Source: a virus. From it: a DNA stretch of 64,000 nucleotides. Location: the IMG/VR virus record IMGVR_UViG_3300033148_006102, positions 64,001-128,000 of that record. One strand, 5' to 3'. Below the pieces are notes generated by a model that saw only the letters and a list, made by a program, of their open reading frames with translations, was not told the origin of the DNA and made no database searches. The position numbers and the translations under genes are program-made. The number at the start of each line of letters is the position of its first letter. Within the stretch, counting starts at the first letter, position 1. Positions 22,778 through 33,569 of the stretch are shown in pieces.

Positions 22778-24270
22778 TGGTACAAGTGCCGGTACATCTG
22801 GAAGGCTCAGTAAAAGCTGCTAAGGTTAAGGCCGAGCTGCAGCCGTTGCAACGTAACGTTGTTGAGGCACTACGGCGTTCTCCAGGTTTGGTTGCGGCGT
22901 ACGGTACCGGTACAGGCAAGACGTTGGCCAGCATAGCAGCGGCGCATGAACTCGGTATGCCTATCGAAGCAATCGTGCCTGCTGCTCTTCAAGAGAACTA
23001 CGCCAAAGAAATCGCAAAGCATGTCGAAGGCGAGCAGCCGGCACGCATCCGATCGTATGAAAAGGCGACGAAAGATCAGACGATTGATCCGAATGCGTTA
23101 ATGGTGCTGGATGAGGCACATCGAATTCGAAACGCGATGTCTAGTCGTAGTGCGACGCTTCAGGGTCTTGCACCGCATGCACAGAAACGATTGGCATTGA
23201 CTGGTTCGCCAATTTACAACCGCCCAGCCGACATTGCTTCGCTGGTGAACTTTGCAGCCGGCAAAGAAGTTTTGCCATCGAATCCGAAGCAGTTCAAGAA
23301 GATGTTTATCGGCGAGCGGAAGCTGATGCCGAGTTTGTATGCGCAGCTACGCGGTGTACAGCCCGGTGTTGAAGAGTACGTGAAGGGTGATCCGTATCTT
23401 TACGAGCAGCTCAAGAAGTACGTGCTTTACAAGAAGGATCAAGGGAACGAGCACTTTCCGAAGCAGGATGACGAGGTCGTCAATGTTCCCATGTCGAAGG
23501 TACAGAATCGCGTATACCGTGGTTTGCTCAGACGGCTTCCTTTCTGGGCGCAATACAAGTTCAAGCGTGGATTGCCGCCGTCAAAACGTGAAGCACGTGA
23601 GCTCAATGCCTTCATGGGCGGTGTGCGGCAAGTATCGAATACGCCATCGGGTTTTTTACGTAAGCTTACGCCGGAGAAAGAGCGTGAGCATACACCGAAG
23701 ATCAACAAGGCGGTCGAGACGATTAGGAAGAATCTCAAGAAGAACCCGCGGCACCGGGCTGTGATCTTCACGAATTATTTACAGAGTGGTGTGGATCCGA
23801 TCGAGCGTCGTTTGCGTGAGGCTGGGATTCCTCATGCGGTATTCAAGGGTGGATTGAAGCCGGAAGAGCGTAAGCAGATCGTGCACGATTACAACACGGG
23901 CAAAACACCAGTATTAGCGATCACTTCGTCTGGGGCTGAGGGTTTGGATCTCAAAGGCACGCGAGCAGTTCACCTCATAGAGCCACACTTCAATGATGAA
24001 AAGATCCAGCAGGTAATTGGCCGCGCTCGCCGATACAAATCGCATGAGCACCTCCCGGAGGATGAACGGAAGGTTAAGGTTCTGCATTACGCAGCGCAGC
24101 CACGTGCTGGCCTGTTGAAACGCCTGTTTACCAAGCAGAAGCACGTGCCGGGTGTTGACGAGTACTTGATGGGCCTATCGCACAGAAAAGCACAACTGGG
24201 TAAGCAGTTGGAGCGAATGATGCAAATCGCGACGAAAGAACGACTTAGGGCGCCACACATGGCAGCCTGA
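22777..24270 (+). CDS. Superfamily 2 (SNF2-like) helicase/ATPase
   Basis: YGTGTGKT, LDEAH, LTGSP, SGAEGLDLKG, QVIGRARR. Confidence 0.9.
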   Translation: MVQVPVHLEGSVKAAKVKAELQPLQRNVVEALRRSPGLVAAYGTGTGKTLASIAAAHELGMPIEAIVPAALQENYAKEIAKHVEGEQPARIRSYEKATKDQTIDPNALMVLDEAHRIRNAMSSRSATLQGLAPHAQKRLALTGSPIYNRPADIASLVNFAAGKEVLPSNPKQFKKMFIGERKLMPSLYAQLRGVQPGVEEYVKGDPYLYEQLKKYVLYKKDQGNEHFPKQDDEVVNVPMSKVQNRVYRGLLRRLPFWAQYKFKRGLPPSKREARELNAFMGGVRQVSNTPSGFLRKLTPEKEREHTPKINKAVETIRKNLKKNPRHRAVIFTNYLQSGVDPIERRLREAGIPHAVFKGGLKPEERKQIVHDYNTGKTPVLAITSSGAEGLDLKGTRAVHLIEPHFNDEKIQQVIGRARRYKSHEHLPEDERKVKVLHYAAQPRAGLLKRLFTKQKHVPGVDEYLMGLSHRKAQLGKQLERMMQIATKERLRAPHMAA

Positions 24271-24336
24271 CATATCGTCATCTACATATTGACATTGCTA
24301 TATTGACAGGTATCCTTTTGCGATGCGGAGACCCTG

Positions 24337-24936
24337 ATGGCAAAGATATATGTAGACACCGACGATGGCGGCCGGTCTGTTTACTACGTACGAGAAGACG
24401 ACTTAGTTTTTTGTCTGCGAACAATTGGGAAATTTGCTACGAGAGCGCCAGTAGAGACGATTCCCGCATCGTCGAAAGAAGTGCGATTTGCTGAGGCGCT
24501 CAGTCGTGTACGTAAACACTGGGACGAATTGACCCAGGAACTGCGGCCGGACGTATGTAGGCGCATCCAGGATACCTGGGGCCGCCAACCTGCGTGGTTT
24601 TTTGAGCAGGGAAATTCGCATTACCGGGCCGACATCAATAACGCCAACCAAGCTATTGACAGCATTCTCGCACGTCGGGATAAACAGTCCAGCCACCTCT
24701 TAGCAATTCAAGATACCGGTGCAAGAGCGCTCACCTTGGTCAGTAACTGGGCTAGGTTAACACAAAACGAAAAGAGCTCGCTTGCACGCCTCCATATTTT
24801 GTTGGAGGCCGCGGAAGAAAGATTAGGCAATCCCGTGGAAGGCGAGGATGCTGAGAAGTATATTGGCGAAGCTCTATTTGGGACACGTTTCAGAGATCTA
24901 CGTGAGATCGTAGATGAAGTATATGCGCGCTTGTAA
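24337..24936 (+). CDS. Hypothetical protein
   Basis: GGAG SD; upstream ATATTGACA direct repeat / TTGACA-16-TATCCT. Confidence 0.7.
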   Translation: MAKIYVDTDDGGRSVYYVREDDLVFCLRTIGKFATRAPVETIPASSKEVRFAEALSRVRKHWDELTQELRPDVCRRIQDTWGRQPAWFFEQGNSHYRADINNANQAIDSILARRDKQSSHLLAIQDTGARALTLVSNWARLTQNEKSSLARLHILLEAAEERLGNPVEGEDAEKYIGEALFGTRFRDLREIVDEVYARL

Positions 24937-25277
24937 TGGCTATGATGCTATTGCAAGGACGACGTATGCATTACCTCACGTGGGAACAAATTTCTGAGAA
25001 TGAATTCCTGGGAAAATGCCAGGAAGGCACTATTCAAGCGCGTCTGATCCGTCGTCGAAAGGGTTGGATGCTGGAGCTTCGCATACTAACAAATCACTGG
25101 TTGCAGGACCCCAGTGTATCGGCGAAACCCACGGACCTGCAAGACAGAGCGGATCGAATTATCCGCAATGGCGTGGCCCGATGGCTTCGGGTCTCGGAAG
25201 GAGTAGAAAATGCCAGAAGATGCAATTGCAGTAGAAATGCTAAGTACGCCCGCGCAGTTTGCAGCGAGGCCGAGTGA
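24936..25277 (+). CDS. Hypothetical protein
   Basis: TAATG coupling. Confidence 0.55.
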   Translation: MAMMLLQGRRMHYLTWEQISENEFLGKCQEGTIQARLIRRRKGWMLELRILTNHWLQDPSVSAKPTDLQDRADRIIRNGVARWLRVSEGVENARRCNCSRNAKYARAVCSEAE

Positions 25278-25827
25278 GAACCCGCATTACAAGTTTGGGT
25301 ACAACCAGCAGAAGGATATTCTCGCGTTACGCCAGAGGATCCTTGACAACATTGAGGAAGATCATGGGTCAGAGCCGCTGGTCTATTTGGACGGTATGCC
25401 GCCGCGGGAGTTCTGTGCAGCGAACTTTCAAATATTCCGCAAAGAGAATGTGGTGGTCACTCGCCCACGCGTCGATCGAAAGCCTAAACTGTTATATGGT
25501 TTCGGCTATCAGGAAACCGGGCGTAGTATTTACGGTCGCTTCGGACTGCCGAACAAAGACGATATCTTGGAGCTTGGCGGCAAGATCCAGGACATCATGG
25601 ATAAAATGGTAGAACCCGATAGTGAGTTGATCAGAAAGCTTGAGCTGAAGAGCGCCGTCGCAGGCACCACGCCTATGCTCGAGAAAGCTGATCCTGCACA
25701 GGTAGTACCAAATACAGGTGGAGTCATCCGAAAAGATTTTAGCGGTACCCAGATCTACCAACGTGTTGTGATTATACAGCGGGATCAAGAAGCGTCGCAC
25801 AATGAATGGTTCGCGGTACTTGTGTAG
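25210..25827 (+). CDS. Hypothetical protein
   Basis: 205-aa ORF. Confidence 0.65.
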   Translation: MPEDAIAVEMLSTPAQFAARPSENPHYKFGYNQQKDILALRQRILDNIEEDHGSEPLVYLDGMPPREFCAANFQIFRKENVVVTRPRVDRKPKLLYGFGYQETGRSIYGRFGLPNKDDILELGGKIQDIMDKMVEPDSELIRKLELKSAVAGTTPMLEKADPAQVVPNTGGVIRKDFSGTQIYQRVVIIQRDQEASHNEWFAVLV

Positions 25828-25839
25828 GGATGATTACCT

Positions 25840-28596
25840 GTGGCCGGTGGTATTACATCTGACCTGTTCGGAGGCTTTGAAGACGTAGATCCAAGGCCGG
25901 ATCCGAACCCAAATCTACTTGATTACGACACACTCTTCAGGGCGGTCGGCAATACGTTCCGTACGTTCCGGGCTGTTGACCGGGACTTGGTGCGGTCGAT
26001 TTGGGAAGGCATTACGCGCGTCTTTGATAACGAGTATCGTCAGCTCGAGCAGATTAATGCGTCGAAGAACATCAACACGGTACCGACGTATATTCGAAAG
26101 GATTGGCTGCAGTACGAACTGGAGTACGATTACCTTGGCACCCCGCATGCACATGTACTCCAACAGGTCGTAACCACCGGTGGCCTACCGACTGATCTCA
26201 ATGGGAAATATTATGTTGATCTCCTGCACTTCTATCAAGAGGACGCATTCCAGCTGTGGATAGATGGTAAGGAAGTACTACCGAACCTCGATCCATTCAG
26301 CCTGACGAATGTGCCAGCGCTTGGTGGAAGTACGCTGACTGGTTCTCGCTTGTGGTTTGATTCAGACTTGTCAATAGGCACTGTGCTTGTCATCCATGGT
26401 CTACGGCAGCAGGAACGGCTGTCATTTACTGGCGACGGAACAACAGCTACATTCTCATTCGGGAATGCAGTTGATATTAACAGCGCCACAGTTTATCTGA
26501 ATGATGTGCAGATCGGCGAAGGCACTGTCCGGTTTGTCGGGTCGAAGGTTATTCTAACTGGCGGTGTATCTGTTGGTGATACTTTCCGCATCACAGATGG
26601 CACCAACTCATATGGCGTGACGGCCACATCGCCGACGCAGACGTTCAATGTTGGGTTCATTCCGAATCGGGAAACGGCGAAGGTATACCTGAACGGTATC
26701 GAGATCCAACATGGCTTTACGCTGGAAAGTTCGCGGATTAGCTTCTTGGTGGCACCGCGAGTCGGCACGACTATTTCTGTTGTTGGAACCGTTATTCGGA
26801 CACATTCGCATGAAGAGATTTCATTCACGCTACCATCGCCAACAGATACGCTAACACTACCGGCAGATGTTGAGCCTTTTACATTGGATGCCGGTGGGGA
26901 CATGGATGGTTTCTTCCCCGTATTGGTATTTGTAGACGGTTTGCTTGTTCCGCCGAGTGCGCTCTCGTTCACAAGTAGTACTATTGTTGTGTTGCCAGGC
27001 GTTGTACCAGCAGGCACGCAGGTTGATATGTGGTGGGCGGTGGACGCCGGCCGTGTAGCGCATGTTCATGATTTGCAGACGATTCAGGTAACTGCACCGG
27101 AAACGACGTTTGTTCATGGTGGTCAATATGACGTCGGTGATCCCATTATGGTGACTGTCGACGGCGTACTTCAAGTGAACAACGATGACTATCGGCTTGT
27201 TGGTTTGCGTGGTCAGACGATCATCTTTACGAGCGCCGTACCAGCTAGTGCTATCGTGCACATCACAGGTCAGCGGTTCCAGCATACGTGGCGCGCAACA
27301 ACAGCGACGTTCCCGAAACGACTTGTGGCGGCCGAATCAATTCAAAACGGAATTGATTATCCGACTATCGTGATGGTGCCGCGCGTAGATGGGGAAGGCG
27401 ATTTCGAGATTCTTGACGGGGTACTTTACACGCCGCTCAAGATTGATGCTCCATGGTTTAAGAATGCCGATATTGACGAGGATACGGTTTACAACAACTT
27501 CGGTTCGTTGTTGGAATATCGTCAAGCTTCTAGTGAAACGTATACGCGCATTGTGCGGGCTTTATTTGCAGCTTACACGGCAGGTAGTCAGGTCTATACG
27601 TTAGAGAACTTCTCGCGATTGATCCTCAACACGCCTTTTGCGCAAGAATCAGGCAAAGTTTTATCTGTTGTAGCAGATAGCACAGGTGATCATGTTGTCA
27701 CTATCCGTGAATTGGATGGGACGGAAACGGCATACCGTGTACCAGCGATTATGACTGTAGATGTGATACCTGGGCAGGCGGTACGCCGATACCAAAGTCT
27801 AGCCGCGGGTGTACAGATCCATGACTCGGTGACGTCGCCAGATTGGTACGACGTTTTCCCCTTTTTGATCTACATTGGCGATCAGTTCAGTTCGACATTC
27901 GAAGCAGGGCGCGTACTCGATCGCGGTGTACCAGCGACTTATAAAGGGGATGGTTCGTACGTATCGGCCACGCACCGAATTTCAGATCCTTTGCTTGATG
28001 CGGACAAGTTGGAGGGTTTGCGCAAGGGTGACCGAATTGAGTACACCATTGGTGCAACCACGTATGTTGATTACATCGATCAGATTGATGAGATATCGAA
28101 GGAAATTCTGCTCGGTACGGATCCCACCACAGTAGTTGCAGTTGTTCCGCCAGGTAATGCGACGGTTGATTCCTATACTATTTCGTTCCGTCGTTTTCCA
28201 CGCTACGACGAAAACTTCTTTATGGATCAACCGGAGAAGCCGTACATCGACTATATAAATCAGCAGATGTATGAGCTGCTCAAGCAGTTTGTATTCCTTG
28301 TTGAGGTCACGGCCGAGTTGGTGACAGATCCAGAAGCAATGGAAACTTTGCGGCTACTGCTGAATACGGGCAAGCGAGCTGTCACGACATACGTGTTTTT
28401 CAGTTTCTTGGGCGGTGATGCGTTGTCTTCGCTCGATGGGCGTGACGGTATGCACGAAAATGTGTCTTTGAACATGCAGGATGACGTTACATTTACGACG
28501 ACGCCGGCATATCTGATTTTTGGTCAGACCACGCTTAGTACGGGCGGAGCACACCCGACGACAGGTGGTTACGTGGCGCCTAGCCCAGTACCGTAG
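25840..28596 (+). CDS. Large baseplate/tail structural protein
   Basis: 918 aa; repeated GDGTTATFSF / V.V.VDG.L Ig-like modules; structural context. Confidence 0.55.
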   Translation: MAGGITSDLFGGFEDVDPRPDPNPNLLDYDTLFRAVGNTFRTFRAVDRDLVRSIWEGITRVFDNEYRQLEQINASKNINTVPTYIRKDWLQYELEYDYLGTPHAHVLQQVVTTGGLPTDLNGKYYVDLLHFYQEDAFQLWIDGKEVLPNLDPFSLTNVPALGGSTLTGSRLWFDSDLSIGTVLVIHGLRQQERLSFTGDGTTATFSFGNAVDINSATVYLNDVQIGEGTVRFVGSKVILTGGVSVGDTFRITDGTNSYGVTATSPTQTFNVGFIPNRETAKVYLNGIEIQHGFTLESSRISFLVAPRVGTTISVVGTVIRTHSHEEISFTLPSPTDTLTLPADVEPFTLDAGGDMDGFFPVLVFVDGLLVPPSALSFTSSTIVVLPGVVPAGTQVDMWWAVDAGRVAHVHDLQTIQVTAPETTFVHGGQYDVGDPIMVTVDGVLQVNNDDYRLVGLRGQTIIFTSAVPASAIVHITGQRFQHTWRATTATFPKRLVAAESIQNGIDYPTIVMVPRVDGEGDFEILDGVLYTPLKIDAPWFKNADIDEDTVYNNFGSLLEYRQASSETYTRIVRALFAAYTAGSQVYTLENFSRLILNTPFAQESGKVLSVVADSTGDHVVTIRELDGTETAYRVPAIMTVDVIPGQAVRRYQSLAAGVQIHDSVTSPDWYDVFPFLIYIGDQFSSTFEAGRVLDRGVPATYKGDGSYVSATHRISDPLLDADKLEGLRKGDRIEYTIGATTYVDYIDQIDEISKEILLGTDPTTVVAVVPPGNATVDSYTISFRRFPRYDENFFMDQPEKPYIDYINQQMYELLKQFVFLVEVTAELVTDPEAMETLRLLLNTGKRAVTTYVFFSFLGGDALSSLDGRDGMHENVSLNMQDDVTFTTTPAYLIFGQTTLSTGGAHPTTGGYVAPSPVP

Positions 28597-28625
28597 GCGC
28601 TTATCCTGTTAGCAGGAAGACAATT

Positions 28626-30005
28626 ATGGACAAGGTTCGCTTTCAAGATAACGAAGTCGCCGAAAAAGACGACATGAACGCCATTACGGACCTGACTCAG
28701 GATTACCTGAAAGAGTTCGTACAGGCTTTTGGTAACGACGCATTGTCGTTCCTGTTCAACAATTCACCGCCGTCTATTGCAAGCGAAGTTGGCCAGACGC
28801 TTACGTATGACATTCCGACGCAGCGTTATTGTGCGAGCGGTTTGATTGAACTGATTCCTGATGATGGTGGCGGCGTACATCAGGAGAGCGTTGTCAATTC
28901 AAGTCCGACGGTGACGATGTGGCACTGGATCTTCTTTACCATTATCGAAACCGAGCTTACTGGTACACGTACGATTGTAAATCCGGCGACGGGCGTAGGT
29001 GCGGCGACGCCAGGAACAGTCGTACAAACACAGTTAAGCTACCAAGTTGAGTCGGTGGAAACGGCTGTCGGTGCAGGCATGCCGTCGTTACCTGCATGGG
29101 GTGGTGCTGGTACACGCGTCGGAGAGGTGTGTTACGGTTACTGGGTAATGGATCCTACGGGTGGCGCCAGTTCATGGCAGCAGCTTGTAGCGAATGTACT
29201 AGTGTTACCAGGTTCCGTGGCTATTGGTGATCACGCAGCAGCGCATGTAGTTAGTGGAGGCTCGAACGAAATTCCTTTGCCAACGGGTACGGCGCGCGGC
29301 TTGATGGATATCAACTCTGGCAGTTACTTGGCCAAGATGTTGACGCATGTGAAGCCCGGAACGAATGAACCATTCAGCACTGTGATGGGTGGCGCGAACA
29401 ACTATCCGGCCAGTCCATATCATGCGGTGTCTTCGCCGGGGCGATACGCCGAGTTAGCTCTGACAGTTGGTTCAGGACTCTCGAAGGCTGGCGGTGTATT
29501 GAATCACGATTGGGGTACGCCCGGCGTTGATGCAAACAAGCCAGCCCGTGCTATTGATGTTGTTGCAGCAGCAGTCCCGAAATTTGCCAGCGGATATATC
29601 AACGTGTCTTCTGCAGGATCCTACAACGACATCAATCTTGTTCACAACTGGGGTAACAATCCGGCCACAGGTCAGCCTTACGTGCCACGCATGATTTATG
29701 TGCATGGCGTCGTAGAGGCACCGGGCGGCGTTTTGCGCTATGGCTGGGGTGTGGCAAGCAGTAATGATGTTGGTAATCACGCAACAGAGTGGGCTAATTT
29801 GGTGGCAAGCCAAGTATGCCTGGGTGGTTCAAAGGCAAACACGTCGTCTACAGAAGGTGTGCCGCTGACCGGTAAGCTGGTTCACAACATGTTAAATGGA
29901 TCGGTTTCTTACGAAGGTAAACTGCAGGGCCGTTATTCCAACTACGTGACTTTACGGATAGGCTCGAATCGAGACTTCCCGTTGATTTGGTGGATGATTG
30001 CATAA
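28626..30005 (+). CDS. Tail-fibre/baseplate-associated protein
   Basis: 459 aa, G/A/T-rich, HAAAHVVSGGSNEI motif. Confidence 0.5.
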   Translation: MDKVRFQDNEVAEKDDMNAITDLTQDYLKEFVQAFGNDALSFLFNNSPPSIASEVGQTLTYDIPTQRYCASGLIELIPDDGGGVHQESVVNSSPTVTMWHWIFFTIIETELTGTRTIVNPATGVGAATPGTVVQTQLSYQVESVETAVGAGMPSLPAWGGAGTRVGEVCYGYWVMDPTGGASSWQQLVANVLVLPGSVAIGDHAAAHVVSGGSNEIPLPTGTARGLMDINSGSYLAKMLTHVKPGTNEPFSTVMGGANNYPASPYHAVSSPGRYAELALTVGSGLSKAGGVLNHDWGTPGVDANKPARAIDVVAAAVPKFASGYINVSSAGSYNDINLVHNWGNNPATGQPYVPRMIYVHGVVEAPGGVLRYGWGVASSNDVGNHATEWANLVASQVCLGGSKANTSSTEGVPLTGKLVHNMLNGSVSYEGKLQGRYSNYVTLRIGSNRDFPLIWWMIA

Positions 30006-30559
30006 TGAAGATACGAGAACCTATGTCCATTGCGGTTCGCGGGCGCATGTCCATGCAGTTGGGTCATTCACCAGATGATTCGATCGAAGCGTTCGTGCCG
30101 CAAGAACCGCAGGTGTTTCATTCCAACTTGTTTTTGACAGAGGGATACAACCTTCTAGCCGAGATTGTTGGTGGAAACTTCGTTGACGCCCAGGTCGCAT
30201 ACATCGACATAGGTAACTGGGGCGATTACCGAAACGGAATCGATGTGGGTGCGCGTGTAGCGGAAGATCTCACGGACACCGGTGTACGGAATTCGATCTT
30301 TCGAAAGGCCGTGTTGGACTTTAGCTATACGGCAAACTTAGCCGTGTTTCGTACGATCTTGCGGCCGTATGAAGGAAACACAGCTGGAGAGACTCCACCG
30401 TACATTAATGAATTCGCGCTGCTGTCTGCAGATCTGCGCGCTTTCAGTCATATTGTGCTACCGGAATCTGCAGGACTTGGTACGCCGGCTGTTCAAAAAA
30501 CAAAGACGGCCGGATTGCATGCTTTGTTGGTATACGAACTGGAATTCTTGCCGGCCTAA
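30005..30559 (+). CDS. Baseplate/fibre-attachment protein
   Basis: TAATG start; YIDIGNWG...INEFALLS..FSHIV pattern like fibre-proximal proteins. Confidence 0.5.
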   Translation: MKIREPMSIAVRGRMSMQLGHSPDDSIEAFVPQEPQVFHSNLFLTEGYNLLAEIVGGNFVDAQVAYIDIGNWGDYRNGIDVGARVAEDLTDTGVRNSIFRKAVLDFSYTANLAVFRTILRPYEGNTAGETPPYINEFALLSADLRAFSHIVLPESAGLGTPAVQKTKTAGLHALLVYELEFLPA

Positions 30560-30571
30560 TAGGTAACGACC

Positions 30572-32953
30572 ATGACACAGAGACGCGTCTTTTCATACCA
30601 CGATCTGGAAACATCCCGCCAGCATAACCGGCGTTTTGCGAAAGTTATCCAGAGCGGTGTTTATTCCGGTTTCATTCCATCCATGGCGGCCGGCAGCACC
30701 AGCAAGATTGATTTGAGCCCAGGCACCTTTGATGCTTCGCGCGCTTTGACAAAAGAAGGTGTGCTCATCATCGAAGATGCGACGATCTATGACGCTGTCG
30801 AAGTATCACAGCCGGACGCAGTGAATCCGCGGTGGGATTTATTGGTCATTGAATATCAGTACACGACTAATGCAGCTTTGGCCGCTACCTACACACTGAT
30901 ATCTGGCACACCAAGCGCGACACCAACACAGCCCACCGCGAATGATTATCAAGTACCGCTTGCGTATGTTTACGTGCGAGCAGATACATCCGGCTCTTCA
31001 CCGCGAGTACCAAACATACTTGACGACGATTTGTATCCTGTGCAGCGCGCAAATTTGGTAAACGGTAGCGCAGAGGTCGGTGATCTTAAACCGGTAATTG
31101 CGCCAGATACGCAGCACGTGTACATCAACTCTGGCTCGTTCCACAATGCCGATGGCACAGCCGTGCTGACTTTTGAAGGCGGTTACTCGCCAGACATTGA
31201 TATTAGTTCCACGTCGGTATGGTACTACGTATACGGCATAACAGATAACCTAACGATTGTTGAGATTGAGAAGGTTAGTAGCCTAGCAGATGTGTCGGCA
31301 TTTTCCAGCACCGTCATGCCTTTGGTCATCGCTCGTACTGTGGCTGCTACTGGACCAACTACTAATGACGCACAGATAGCAGAGTTAATTGACCTGCGTA
31401 CGATTTTCTATCGGGCGCCAGCGCTGAATCTGGAAAACGATAAGTGGACCGATCACTTCCAGAATTCGATGTTTCTCAATATGGTACCCGAATACTTCGA
31501 AGATGATTCGGGGTTGTTGAATCTTGGTGTGTATGATTCAGGATCAACTACATATAATACAACGGATGTGGCCGGTGGGGCGTCAACACCAGACTTTACG
31601 CTATCCATTGATGCGGTTACAACTGAGTTGGTGATTACATACAATGGTTCGGGGTTATCGCAGGAAGCGTATATCATTCTTGATGATTTGTTGACGAACC
31701 CGAGCGCAGGCTTTACGCAACCTACGCATTTGCAAGTAATCGGCGAATCCAATTTAACGAAGAATTTGCGGTATTCATATGCGACGGCGAGCCCGACATC
31801 GCCTGCTTCCTTTATTACGATAAGCCAGAAGGTAGAGCCGCCAGAGGAAGCGCTGCCCATACTGTTTGCGTCACCGGGACCAAGTAATCTTTACTTGCGA
31901 CTTGAGCTACAAGCAGGCGAGTTTAGCGCGGCCGGCGAGACGCGTAGAATTGGGGCCATCGTAAGCTTCTTTAACATCGATCCAGCTACTGGTGCGCAGA
32001 CATCATACGTACAGGATGCTATCGAAAATGCGATCTATGCACCGCAGAATCTGATCGCGAATCCGTTCATACTGTGGTCGCAAAATAATCCGAATACTGC
32101 AGGTACACAGGTTCCGCACGATTATCTCAACGATCTGGTATTAACTATCGAAGACGCCGGCGACATGGGACCAGATGGTTGGTATCTGCTGAATGATATT
32201 CCAGGAAGCGATATCGTTACCTTGAAGCGTCCGAAGATAACTGCTGTTCCGTACGAAGGTCGTGCGATTATGCAGATCACGGCTACGGACGCGGTTACTT
32301 TCACGTTGGAACATCGGATACCTTTTACCGCGAATTTGGTCGGAGCAGGACTGACCTTCAGCTGCGATGTGCTATCACCTGTGGCTTCTGTTGAGTTACA
32401 GTTGTTCAGATACGGGTTGGACGCAAGTCAAAACTTAGTAGCTACTGACTTTGGAGTGAGCGCTGTTCATGTGGGCAGTGAGGCGCGGATATTTGTGACA
32501 ACATCAGATACCGCCATTACGCCAGTAACAATTGAAGACCTGTATATTGGCGCTCGGTTTTTTATTACCATGCCGGCAGGGGCCACAGTAACTCTCTCAC
32601 GGCCGATGTTGGCAATCGGCGAATTTGACTCTGGTCTACCATTTGTGCCACCGGAAGACGTGGTTTCGAAAGCGCTTGGTTACTACGAACGTGTTCGTAT
32701 GGTGTATTCGGGTTATGCGGATCAGTCAACCCTTATCACCGTGTCGGCACCGATTCAGCGTAAGTGGACCGAGATGGGCTCATTGGTTGTACAAGAAGCA
32801 GCAAATGGACCGATAACAACCTTGTCAAATCTCGGTGCGCTGACACTGGCGTCATCGTATAAGCATATTCAGGCACAGGCCCGAACAAGTACAATCGGAC
32901 CATGGGCTATGGATGGAGACTTTGAAGTAATCTTGCAACCGGAGATTGTCTAA
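30572..32953 (+). CDS. Tail-fibre/baseplate structural protein
   Basis: 793 aa; PDAVNPRWDLLVI...QVPLAYVYV N-terminal module typical of fibre proteins. Confidence 0.55.
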   Translation: MTQRRVFSYHDLETSRQHNRRFAKVIQSGVYSGFIPSMAAGSTSKIDLSPGTFDASRALTKEGVLIIEDATIYDAVEVSQPDAVNPRWDLLVIEYQYTTNAALAATYTLISGTPSATPTQPTANDYQVPLAYVYVRADTSGSSPRVPNILDDDLYPVQRANLVNGSAEVGDLKPVIAPDTQHVYINSGSFHNADGTAVLTFEGGYSPDIDISSTSVWYYVYGITDNLTIVEIEKVSSLADVSAFSSTVMPLVIARTVAATGPTTNDAQIAELIDLRTIFYRAPALNLENDKWTDHFQNSMFLNMVPEYFEDDSGLLNLGVYDSGSTTYNTTDVAGGASTPDFTLSIDAVTTELVITYNGSGLSQEAYIILDDLLTNPSAGFTQPTHLQVIGESNLTKNLRYSYATASPTSPASFITISQKVEPPEEALPILFASPGPSNLYLRLELQAGEFSAAGETRRIGAIVSFFNIDPATGAQTSYVQDAIENAIYAPQNLIANPFILWSQNNPNTAGTQVPHDYLNDLVLTIEDAGDMGPDGWYLLNDIPGSDIVTLKRPKITAVPYEGRAIMQITATDAVTFTLEHRIPFTANLVGAGLTFSCDVLSPVASVELQLFRYGLDASQNLVATDFGVSAVHVGSEARIFVTTSDTAITPVTIEDLYIGARFFITMPAGATVTLSRPMLAIGEFDSGLPFVPPEDVVSKALGYYERVRMVYSGYADQSTLITVSAPIQRKWTEMGSLVVQEAANGPITTLSNLGALTLASSYKHIQAQARTSTIGPWAMDGDFEVILQPEIV

Positions 32954-33540
32954 TGATCGTCAGGCAGAACCCTAACGCAGATCCGACTCGGCGTTCCTTC
33001 GAACGGCTGAACACTGCCGGCGACGCGCATCGTTTCGCCGCGGCTACGACAGGCTATCAAACGGTCATGCGGGCGAACGATATTGGTTATGGCCCGGTGG
33101 TGGATTTGGGTGGCGGATCGTACGAATTCACGTTGCCGTTTTCGTATCTGGTGGCAACTAACCAGCTCGAGGTTTACATCATTTCAGCAGGTACAGCGAA
33201 CAAGCTTATCAATACGTCAGTACTTGCAGCCGCAGATACCGCGAATTATATCGCGACGGCAGACAAGACCACAATTGAAGCCGGGCCGTATTTCGAAGAG
33301 AGTACCGGAGAAATGGTGATTGTGCACAATATTATACTGGATGATCTCATCTGGTTCTTAATCCCTCATACGAGTGTACCTGGAATCAGCCAAAACCGTG
33401 TTACGGTTGCGCCACAATCGGATCGTACTGCTCTGAAGTTCTTGGGGAGCGGCGATGGTTGGGAGTATGTGACGCCCGATGGTCAGCCAGGCCGGGTTTA
33501 TGTCACGAACAATCACCAACTCGTGGCCGAGAAACTCTAA
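32953..33540 (+). CDS. Structural hypothetical protein
   Basis: TAATG coupling; 195 aa. Confidence 0.6.
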   Translation: MIVRQNPNADPTRRSFERLNTAGDAHRFAAATTGYQTVMRANDIGYGPVVDLGGGSYEFTLPFSYLVATNQLEVYIISAGTANKLINTSVLAAADTANYIATADKTTIEAGPYFEESTGEMVIVHNIILDDLIWFLIPHTSVPGISQNRVTVAPQSDRTALKFLGSGDGWEYVTPDGQPGRVYVTNNHQLVAEKL

Positions 33541-33544
33541 ACGT

Positions 33545-33563
33545 GGGATTATAGCAAAGTCCA
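33545..33563. promoter_or_regulatory. 19-bp palindromic motif copy
   Basis: GGGATTAT-AGC-AAAGTCCA. Confidence 0.55.
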
Positions 33564-33569
33564 AGATTC

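Noticed and set aside
25829-25847. Sixth copy of the 19-bp palindrome (GGGATGAT half)
   Set aside because: Only one half-site matches, and it is explained by the SD of 25840.
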